Made by a program: the position numbers and the translations under genes. Positions 26,101 to 38,100 of a stretch of 64,000 bases of DNA are shown here, piece after piece (the stretch's first letter is position 1; every line of letters starts with the position of its first letter). This stretch comes from Eledone cirrhosa (Eukaryota). Where the stretch lies: NCBI GenBank assembly GCA_964016885.1, contig OZ024740.1:72354001-72418000 (forward strand). The letters are read 5' to 3'. The notes under the pieces are model-generated. The model did no database searches. It was not told where the DNA came from and was given only the letters and a program-made list of their open reading frames with translations.

Positions 26101-29100
26101 GAGAATAAATTTCTGCCATATTCAGTGAAGTGTAGCCACGTTCACATTATTGTTGTATTTCTGTAATGTCCTATTGTTTTCTTAATCTAACGATGTTGAT
26201 GTGTCTTGTATTTTCCAGAGGATACACTATCAGAGAAAAACAATGTTAGTCCTGAACCTCCTGCTACTGTGGCAGGTAAAGAGGAAATCAATGGACCTCA
26301 TGATGTTGTGACAAATAAAGAAAAAATCAATGAACCTCCTGCTGTTGTGATAAATAAAGAGGTAAACTATGGCCTTATTACCTTCAGTTTTAAATAAGAT
26401 TAAATATTTCAGGTATGATTTGTTGCTAACATTCAGCCAGAATAGATACTACAAGACATCTTATCCAACACTAACAATTTCACCAATCCACTGCCCCTCT
26501 ATAGTGGGGACTTTATTTTATCGACTCTGAAAGGATAAAAGACAAAGTTGATTTTTGCCATGATTTGAGTACAGTGATTTTGAACAAATACCACAAGATA
26601 TTCTCACAGTTAATTTATAAGAATATTAGTTAAGTCCCATAACAAGTGTTTTATGGTCATTTTTCCAACTAAAGCAGTGGTTAGCCTCGCAGGTCCCATG
26701 ACAGGTTTAATATTGATCATGGGGTCCTTTTTGTGGCTGAATGCCCATATTTTGATTGCCTAAATTTGAGCCGGATGATATGGTTACAGATAGGAAGGAA
26801 TTGTTCAGTGCATATTTTCTGACTATCAAACAGGAAGAGGTATGATGTAATATGATGCCCTTCTTGGTGCCAACTCTTTTAGTCACCTCTTACTACATGC
26901 AGGGATTCAGTGCACATGTTATAAACCAGATATCAGTAAATGTGGTAAGAGACTGGAGGCTACAGTGTTGGCCATATAGGGTTTGAGAGAGAAAGATCTC
27001 TTCAGTTAAGCCAAGCATGTTACAACCTCTTTAGTGCTGGTACCATGATAAAATACACCCACTACACTCTGTAAAGTTGTATTGCTGGTGTTGTGATAAA
27101 ACACCAAGTACACTTTGTAAAGTAGTAGTGCTTATGTCACAATAAAATGCACCCAGTACACTCATGAAAGGTGGTTGGCATTAGGAAGGGTGTCCAGCTG
27201 TAGAAAACATTTCAGTATAGTACATATGAGCAAGATGTGGTTTGTCCAACCCATGCCAGTATGGAAAGCAGTCATATGATGATGATACACCCAGTTATTA
27301 AGTTTATAGATTTTACAAAATATATTTTGCTTCTTTTTGCAGCCTTCAAAATTAAAATCCGAGTCAAATGAAAGATTAACTGAAGTTAATAAATGTAGCA
27401 AAAGTGAAATGGTTGTGCGACCTACAAGTATCTCTACAAATCCTATCAGTAATTCTATTGGTAAAATACCTATGAATAGTAGCAGTGATAATTTCTTTCT
27501 AACCTCAAACAACATACATACCTCAAATCTATCAAAGGAGTATCCTATCAGCCAAGGAAATAACTTGAAGCCATTTGTTAAGAGGTAAATATTTTATATA
27601 TTTATTAGTTATTCTTTTACTTGTGTCAGTCATTTGACAGTGTCCATGCTGGGGCACTGGCTTGAAGGGTTTTATTGTCCATTATCAACCCTTGTTTGTT
27701 GGAGTGCTGAGTTATGGAGACACGCACACACACTCACATCATCATTTGATGTCTGTCTTTCAAGGTTAGCATGGGTTGGGCATGTCTTTACAAACCAAAT
27801 CAGTACTTAATCGGAGCTACTCCCCTAGATGAGTTGGGGACATGGTTTCTACAGTTGGGCACTCTTGCTAATGCCAACCACTTTACAGAGTGCATTTTAT
27901 CATGGCATCAGCACTAAGGAAACTCATTTTCTAACAGGCTTCTGTATAGTTTCTGCCTACCATATTCCACTCATATGGTTTTGGTGAACCCAAGCTTATG
28001 TTAGAAGACATTTCCCTATGGTGTTGAACCTTATACTATACTAGCAGAAAATCCACCCCTGGGTGGTTTTCTGCTAGCATGTGTAGTGTGTATATTGATA
28101 TTATACGCAAGTATATATACATGTAGATATGATGCATCAAATAAACTCGTAATTGACAATATAAACAGACATCACACACTCTCTCTTACTATATATATGG
28201 TAGTTGAGGTGGTGGCAACGATATACCGGAAGTGCAACTTTGAAAAGAAGTCAATTTTAAATTATTTATTTTTACGAAATTTAGTAGATAAATTATGTAA
28301 TTCCAACTTATTTTACTAACGGGATAAAAAAAACAAAAACGTACGCAATCCTGCAGACCTTCCTATATTATAGTTTAGATAACTGCAGTCTCCATCTTAA
28401 TTCCGATTTCACTATGGCCTCCTTGCAACAGAGAGGACTCTTGTCTCTGGTGAGAACTTAGAGTTCTCTCCCTTTGATCCCCCCCCCCCGACACACACAC
28501 ACCCTCCATTTGTTTTAGGCAACGTGACCAAGAAGCTGAACAAAAGTGAAGGTGATAGGCATGATGATCATGGGTTGGGGGAACAGAGTCAGATAGATGG
28601 AGTAATAATGAAAGAGAGACAGTGGTGGGCAGCTATATTCTGGTTGTTGGTAAAGAGACTAAATAGGAAAAATCAACACTATGCCTGAAATAAAGATTGG
28701 TTGGTCATGGCTAGAATAGATAGGTTAAATGATTACTTTTTATTTTTGTTTGTTTTTGCTCAAATTTGAAATTTAACTTTGCTTTTTCTAGAGTTGAACT
28801 AACTCCTGAGATTACAATCCACATCTTCAATTTTAATGGGACTGCCTGCATCTCAAGCTGTGAACTTTCTGCTTTTTTCTGGAAGATTGACATTATAAGA
28901 ACAATGGTAATTATTATTACGTCCCTTTACGGTCTTGGTTCAAATCCCATCGACGTTAACTTTGCCTTTCATCCTTACGGGGTCGATAAAATAAGGTACC
29001 AGTAATGCACTGGGTAATTTGTGCCAAAAGTAGAAACAATTATTATTATTATTATTATTAAAGAGTATTGTTAGAGCGTCAAACAACATGCTTTACTGCA

Positions 29101-32100
29101 TAGTTTCATCCTTGCAGGGGTGATAAAATAAAGTACCGGTCACACACTGGGGGCGATTTAATCGACTTTCCTCTCCCCCAAAAGTTGTTGGTCTTGTGTC
29201 TAAATTAGAAACCATTATTATGTTGTGAGGGTTAATTTTGATGACTAAACTTGTCGGATTCATGCTATTAAGATTGATAGCTTTTCTTAAGACGCCACAG
29301 TATTTTCCATCAATAAAAGCTGTTTTGGTCAATAGCATTGATAATAACCCACATTTCCCCAGCATGTACACCTATCACGATGTCACGCACTCAACCTCCA
29401 CAAATTTCCTATTGAACACAATTACATAAAGAAATCATTATTATTTTGCTATTGTGGTGGCTTTGGCAGGAACATTAGTGTGTCAGCTGGAATACATTGG
29501 AGTATTTCGTTACAGTCCTCTGTGTTCTGGTTTCAAATCCCACTATGGTCAACTTTCTCGAGGTTGATATAATCAACTTACCCCTCACCACAAATTGTTA
29601 GTCTTGTACCGAAATTAGAAATCCCTATTATTTTAATTTTTGCTTTGTGTTTGTATCAAATTTGTACATTTCTGTGTTATTTCTTTTTTTTTTTTTTTTT
29701 TATTTAACCAAACTGGCTCTGTCTATGAAACAAAACCATCCATTCATATTTAAATTTGAATCTTCCTGTAGGATTTATTTAAGGTCAATATATCAAGTTA
29801 GTATCTTTGTAATGAAATAATTTAGTAAATCCCGCAAAATTCTTCATAAATTCATTGAAATAGTGTACTTCATTAGTAATATGTTCATGAAAGGGTTAAC
29901 AAATCAATTGGTGTTTAGCTATCATCATCATCATTTAATGTCTGTCTTCCCTGCTAGTAAGGGTTGGACAGAGCTTCATGACCAGATTAGTACTTAAACA
30001 GAGCTACACACCTCTCAGGTGGACCAGTGGCCTACATCTCACTTACATACAGTCCTGTGCTCTACCAAGTCCATTTAATCATGTAGATCACCAACACTAA
30101 GGAAAGTTGTCATGTCTTTCATATAACTAAAGAGTCCTCCTGACCCTTTGTTTGAAAAGCTTCTATGGATCGATGCCCTTCATATCACCAACCCAATGAA
30201 TATTTTGGAAGTAGAAACTAATAATTCTTTGATATATTTCCAGCTTCGACGTGTAAATCTTGGAATCTCTAAAGTTATCATCTGTGAAGAAGATTATGCA
30301 GAATTGTTTAAAGAACTTGAAAAGTGAGTGATCCAGTTTGTGATATTAACTTCTTTCCTTAGGCTAATGTTTGAATTTGTTACTATGACAAGAATGGTTT
30401 TAAGGCCATTTTCGCTGCTAAATTACTAAAGTATTGTCAAATTATATGGATTGTTGAAAATAATTTCCCTACTAGCAAAGGTTTGGCATGTCATCATAGA
30501 CCTGTCAGTACTCATGTACTGCCTCTGACCTCCAGGTGGGCCAGGGGTCTAACATACAATCTCATACTCTGAGTGTTTATTATTGTGGTCCCAACACTAA
30601 GGAGGTTGGCATAGCTGAAGGTTCTTCGCGGCCCTTTGTTTGGTAAGTTTTCTATGGCTGGATGCCCTTCCTTTCACCAACCACTTTACAGAGTGTACTG
30701 GATACATTTATCATGTAGATCAGCAACATTGGGAAGGTTGTCATGCCCCTGACACAGTCCTCCTAACCCTTTTATCTATTGAATGTTTGTATTATATTTT
30801 AGTATTAAGTCGTTTGAAGTCACTAAACTACTTAAATATTGTCAAGTTCTGTAGTTTGTTGAATATAAATAATTCTTCACACCAAAAGTAAATTATTGAA
30901 TATTTTTGTTATATTTTAGCATTAACTTTAGTGGTTTGAAATCTGGAGAAGAACATAAAGATTGGTTGACTTTGTTCCGGCTTGAAGAGTAAGTACTATT
31001 TTTTAATGTACAACATTAATAGCTGCTGGTTTTGTGTATGTAAGCTTATTTCAAAGCTACGGAAACGCATGTTAACCCTTTTGGTACCAAACTACTTCAA
31101 ACAATCTTTGATTTTGTGGTCACATGAAGATATTAAAATAAAGTTTGTAATAAGATATTGTAATTATTTCAAGTCTTGTTATAAACTGGTGTAGATTGTT
31201 GTATAGACTTGTGTAGATGGTTATGTTGGTTGTTGTATAAACTGGTGTAGATTGTTGTATAGACTGGTGTAGATGGCTATGTTGGTTGTTGTATAAACTG
31301 GTGTAGATTGTTGTATAGACTTGTGTAGATGGCTATGTTGGTTGTTGTATAAACTGGTGTAGATTGTTGTATAAACTGGTGTAGATTGTTGTATAGACTG
31401 GTGTAGATGGCTATGTTGGTTGTTGTATAAACTGGTGTAGATTGTTGTATAGACTGGTGTAGATGGCTATGTTGGTTGTTTATAACAGCCATGTGCAACC
31501 TTTTTCAAGCAGTGAGCCCCATAGAATGTGGCTCATCATAAGGTGGGCTGCACTACTAAAACATTCAAGGCTATTTTGAAATTAGGCATGCCATTCAGAA
31601 AGCCAAACGGGCAACATGCGGCTCACAGACTGCAGTTTGCCTATGACTTGGTCTATGGAATTTCATTAGAAATGTGGTAACAAAAGGATTAATGACATAG
31701 GTAGTGTCTTTCATTAGAAATCTGGTAACAAATGTGTTAATCTATTTGGCTAAGTTCCATTCTGTGGCCATCTCAGCAAGGTTTGGATTCCAAGTTCTAA
31801 GCTGTCTGAATCAGTTACACTATGTAGCATGCTATTCCTTCAGTGAGTCATTATTATATTAAATCTATTGTCAGATTCTAAATTTCCTTTCTTTCAGTGT
31901 CCCTGTGGTTTTAGAAACTTTTTCTCATCCTTCTGCTGAGTTAAAAGCAGCTATTCAAAAAGAAATCAAGGAGTTTGATCCAGAAGAACATTTTTGGAAA
32001 GTAGGTAGCAATTTATATTCAATTGAATTTTCTGATTAGAGACATAACCATTTAAATTTCATAACAGTAATTCTATTTGACTGACTGAAAAGAGTTAATT

Positions 32101-35100
32101 AGCCTCTTCATTTTATATATGATGGAATGAACTCTCCTGTCATATCTGATGTATGAATGTCCAACAAAGGTTGATGTGAGAAAGTGAACTGATGTTGAAC
32201 TACCCACACAAAATTTTGTTTTAAGTGGTGAAGGCTTGTGTAGGACCAACCACACTTTTTGGAATTGACGATATATCTTCGGTGTAAATGTTTGCCACGG
32301 AAAATATGACAACAGTCCTCAGCTTTTTATGCCTCGGAGTTTAACTTCTCCGTGTAAAAAAAATACTATTTGGATGGCCGTTGACTCTGCTGAGTTCTTC
32401 TGCCCTTTGCCTGGTCTTGTATTTCATCCTGCAGGGTGTCCAAGCAAGCTTGGTCGGGTTGTCGGCTTAGTCACCGATGACCCAACCATGAGACAGGTTG
32501 TACTGGGTTACATGTTACCAGTAGCACTAGAGTGACCTGACGTATATATATATAATTATCTCAAATATTAAGTTTGTAGTGTGAGTGTATTATTATTCAT
32601 AGAATAATGGGAAGAACTCAACGCAGAGAGGCTGTTAGAACAGCAAAAATACCATCAATAACAGTGTCCGGTAAAATTTAGCTCAAAGGATAGAAATCAA
32701 CAGCTAGAAGTGTGTTGGCCCGCAGAAGTGTTAGGAAAAAAGGAAGAAAATGAACAAGAGAAGATCACACAAACATTTAAATACACTCATCAGCTTTTAG
32801 GCCGCCTGTGGTTTCAGCGATTTAGTTGTCTGATCTCTAGACAAGCTAGGGATTTACATCTTGCTTATGTACAATCACACATTTTATCCTTCAAACCCTT
32901 TGTTTGGTAAATTTTCTATGGAAACCCATAGAAATACATGTGTGTGTTTGTATGTACATACCTTTTATTTATTCTGATCACTTTCCACTTTTATGCTTTA
33001 ATACATGTATCCCTCTCTTTCTTTACCTCTCTCTCTCATCATCCCAGTCCATACTCAATGTATTTGATATTGACACATACATCCCCCACTTTCCTTTGTT
33101 TCCCCCTTTCTTTCTCTCTCTTCCCTTTTCTACTGTCTCCTTTTCTTGTCTCCCTGTATCAATATTGACTACTTTTTATGTGTTTAAAAATGGATATGTG
33201 TGTAGTTAAATGTAGGTTTGTATGTATGTGTGTACTTGCATGTTCACTTATATATATATGTTTGTGTGTTCATATATGCTCAATCACACCTTAACTACTC
33301 GCGACCACTATAATACAGCATCTTTACTTCTACATAAGATAAAGACTTAATATTTGCTCCAATTTATTGTAGAATGACAGTGCACGGACTTGCCTGAAGA
33401 AAATCTCTGAAAACTCCACCACCAACACTGTACAATCTACTTCACCAGTTTCCATCCCTGTCAATAAACTTTCTAATCAAACCCAACATCTCTCTGTCAA
33501 AAGTAAGCTGCACTCAAACTTGAGTAAGTCAGCTTCTCCACCTAATCTTCGTACACAATGGAGCTCTCCTTCTCAAGAATTCAAATTTAAAGCTGGTTCA
33601 TTAGAAACCATGCCTTGGCTGCGACATTCCAGTGCTTCAGGTGAAGACATGAAGACTATCAATTATAACTTGACTGTTTTCCATAAACAAAGGTAAGCAT
33701 TCTCTCTTTTACCTTTATTTAGAATTGCCCTTAACAAAATTTGAGACCACATCGGCTAGATGTTAGGACAGGGGTCTCAAACACATGGCTTACAAACTAC
33801 TTTTCTATAGCCAGCAGCAGAACAATTTTCATGACTAATATTTGGAAACAGAACAATTTGTCCTCCTACATTTTGTACTAATTCATATATTCCACTTACT
33901 ATCATGTGTATTCATTTTGAAGAAGAAAAATAGTAGCCTATCAGCTGTATATTGTAAATTAGCATTATAATTAGTGATCAAACTTAAATACAGTTAAGTT
34001 TTTAGTATACCATCATCACACCTACACAGTGTAAGATATTTGACTTTAGGAAGGGAATACTGTCACAGAAACTATACCAAACAGGAACATATGAGCATGA
34101 GGTGATCCTCTGACTAGTATAGTCTCAGAATGTGACAATCCATCTAACCCATGCTAGCATAGAAAACGAACATAAAACAGAGTAATGATGATGATGATTA
34201 GCACATAGATATATTACATAATAAAATCTGAGTGGTTGTTTTCTGTTTTCAGACAACGAATATTGAACAAACTAATGAAAGATCCCAGTGACTATGGTAA
34301 CTGTGTCAAAGAATTGGAAGATGTTGAAGATAAACTCCAGAAATTGAATGTACTCCTCATTAAACTCAGTCCAACTGTTGAAAACCGTGAACCACCTGGT
34401 AATTAGATCCTCTTTGTCTCATTCAGCCTTCAGTAAATACTTTTGGAGTTTTCTTGGTTACCCTGCAGGTTTCTTTGTTGACTTTAAACTATATTATATC
34501 TTAACCCTTTAGTGTTCAAATCGCCCGAAATTATTTCCCCTTCATTTGTTCAAATCGCCCAATAACACCCACACTAAAAAATCGTTCTAAAAATAAACAA
34601 GCCATCATCAAAATCTCGTCAATTCGAGACTGCTGCGAGATTAGGCCTTTACCACGAAAATTAACACTTAATATAGTGGAACAACTTAAAACAACACATG
34701 TTTTTTTAACTTTGAAACTGCAACAAATTTTTTTTTTGTATCAACATGGCTTATGAAAGTAGCGATACCGACTTTGAAGTTTTTACACACGACGACATTC
34801 AGAATAAACAAGAAACAAACGATAATATTAGTGATTTATCTTCAAATGAATCTGATGTTTATATTTCTGAAATTTCGACCGACGGTGATTGTTGTTTTGC
34901 AAGTGAAAACCATTGAAAATATTACAGCATCGTGGTTGAAAAATACCATACTAATATATGTTCCCGATTTTATTCAAAATACTGGCCCACAACACACGTT
35001 AGCTCCCGATGCTAAAGCACTGGATTATTTCTTTTTGTTTTTACCACAAACTTTCTTCGAAGTTATGGCAGAATAGATTAATCGATATGCCCAACAATTT

Positions 35101-38100
35101 CAAATCAAGGAAAACCCGATCTGTTTGGCGACCGACAGATGCTGCGGAAATGCAAGCATTTTTTACCGTAAATATTATATTCGGTATAAAGCAATTTCCA
35201 AGACTGTGGAATTACTGGAACACTGGTATAAGGTTTAGTGATTCTTATATATCAAGTATTATGCCGAAAACAACGTATTTAAAATTAAACCAGTATTTGC
35301 ACCTGGTTGATACTTCAAATGCCCCTATTAATTAATTTCACTTGCCCATAAAAGTCAAATTTAACCAAAAAAATCAGGTAAAATTATATAATTGTAAATT
35401 ATTGATATTTAAACATCTACTGACAAAATTTCAAGTCTGCACATAGAAAATTAAGAAAATTACAAACAAATAAAACTCTTGAGTATGATTAACTCAAAAT
35501 GATGCGAACAGATAAGCATGACATTTGAAAATTAATGCGAATGCTAAAGGGTTAAACCAGTGTTAGTTTCTTTACTGTCTTTAAACTGTACTATATCTAT
35601 TAGTTACCAACCCTGCTAAAACCAGCTCTGATTCTATGAAATAAAACCACCCATTTCAAAGGTTTCCAATTTAAATTAAAATCTTCCAACATAATTTTAT
35701 ATAAGAACCTTACATTAAGTTATTATTTTACTAATGAAATAATTAATAATTTTAGTAAATCCCTCAAAATTCTTTAATTAAAATAGTGTATTTCATTAGA
35801 AATGTGGTCATGAAAGGGTTAAATCACTGCTGTCTTCAAACTGTTATATCTTGAACCCAGTGGTTACTCAACATACTGAAAATAACAAATAAATATCTTG
35901 TGCAAATCACTATCATAAAAGGAAGGATGCATGCGCACTCACATGTTATTTAGCCCTGGTCAGCTCTGGTGAAGTAAACCTATGAGCAAAGAAAAGTACT
36001 TCAAGAAAATATTTCTAAAGATTCGATAAACCCAGTAAAACCTACAGCTGTTATGTTTAGATTACAGGTTCACATTTATATCCATATCCATTGCTTCATT
36101 AAGCATTTCATAAAGTAGGTTTGGCTGTGTAAATAGAAACAAATCTCAGTATATGTATTGTTTTGAAGACTTCTGGACCTCAAGTCACTGATTTAACTTC
36201 ACAGCTATAGTTATTAACATCCTGCAATAATTTAGCAGAAAATATCTGAAAATGGGTTTGTTATTCAGATTTTTAAAAAGTATTTTTACTACTGGATAAG
36301 TTGTTGGGAAAATTTGCAATAAACTAAAGACTTTAATTTTTATTATGATACAGTCATGGTGCTGTTTTATACTTTTGAAGAATGTTTTGTTAATGTGGTT
36401 TCGTGTGGTACAGGACATGTTAAGAGATAATAAAATGTTTAACGAAGTATTTAATGGGTTAATGAGAGCTTTTATGTGGTCACTTTATCTGCTAGAAATA
36501 GCAATTGAATTTCCTTTGTTAAATACCATCACTACTACTACTGGGGTCGATTTAATTGACTTTCCCCTGCCCCCAAAATTGCTGGCCTTGTGCCTAAATC
36601 AGATACCATTATTGTTAATTACAAAGAAAAAGCACAATTATGTACTAGACAAAATACCTTGTAGTATTACGTTAGGGTTTTTTCTAGTTTAAAATCCCTT
36701 GAAGCCTCTAAATTAAGTACCAGTCATGTACTAGATGACAAGTATATCTGTTAGACACACAGTGACTAACAACAGAATGTTTTAAGTCTGCGTGTCTGGC
36801 ATATATGCGTAGCTTGTGAATAAAAAATTCAAGGGGTTTCGCTGGCTGTGTTGATCCCTGCCAAACATCTTTTGTAATGTATCGTCTTATTGACTAATCA
36901 ACCAATGAGAGTAATTGTTGCTCAAAAGCATCCACCACTTTGTTTGCACGTTTATTTATCGTTTCGCTTTCGAATCTTCCTCCTGTATTTCGTCGTTTAT
37001 CATCAAAATATTTTTCTTGTTTTGGTAAGTTATATTGTTAATTTATATATGATTTTTTTTAAATTTATATTAACTTTTTTTTTTTTCAGTTCGTTAAAAC
37101 ATGCTTATAATATTGGTTGTATCATATTTACTTGTATATTTGTCCATATTATTGTTCGTTTTATGTTAGATTATTTTATTATTATTATATTAGATTATTT
37201 TTTTTTTATGTATGTAATATTTAATTTTTATTAATTCAACTATAACAATTATTATGTAAAATATATTTATTTAATATTGATTGTTTTTTGTAGTTGATTA
37301 TATTAAAAGTCTGAAAATATTTTTATTCATCTTACAATAATATTTATAAGATCATTTATAAAATAACAATTATATAATCTAATTACATTACAACGATAAT
37401 TTATTATTAATATATATCCTATTTAACTAGAGTTATTACAAGCGTTGCCTTAAAAAAATATTAAACTAGACCTGAAAAATGCGCAAGCTCAAAAAAGCAA
37501 CAGAATGTTATAATAAACCTTCAAAAATGTGGGACTAGAGTTGTTGCTCAAAAATATTGTAATCATTATCTATCGTACATTCTGAGGCATCCTTTTATAA
37601 AAAAGAGACACATAACGAACTCAAGACGACACAATAATTATTTAAGTGCATTTCGTATTAATCATTACTAAACATCTAATATGAGATATTGAACATTAGC
37701 TTAAATAATTATCGTGTCTTGAGTTCGTTATGAGTCCCTTTTTTATAAAAGGATGCCATAGAATGTACAATAGATAATGATTACAATATTTTTGAGCAAC
37801 AACTCTAGTCCCACATTTTTGAAGGTTTATTATAACATTCTGTGGCTCTTTTGAGCTTGCGCATTTTTCAGGTCTAGTCAACTATGACCCTTTTTTCCAA
37901 AATATGTGACCCCCATGTCAACACTAAAACTCCTTACTATTTGCAGGAAGATGTCACTCACCATTCAACCAAAGCCAGTCAAACTTGAGTGGTTCGCCAT
38001 CAAGTAGTCGGGGTCTTTCTCCAAGAGATTCCCTGTCTACATCTCATTCATCCAGTTCATCTCCGGTAAACACAAATTCTTTTTTCAACATTCATAAAGT

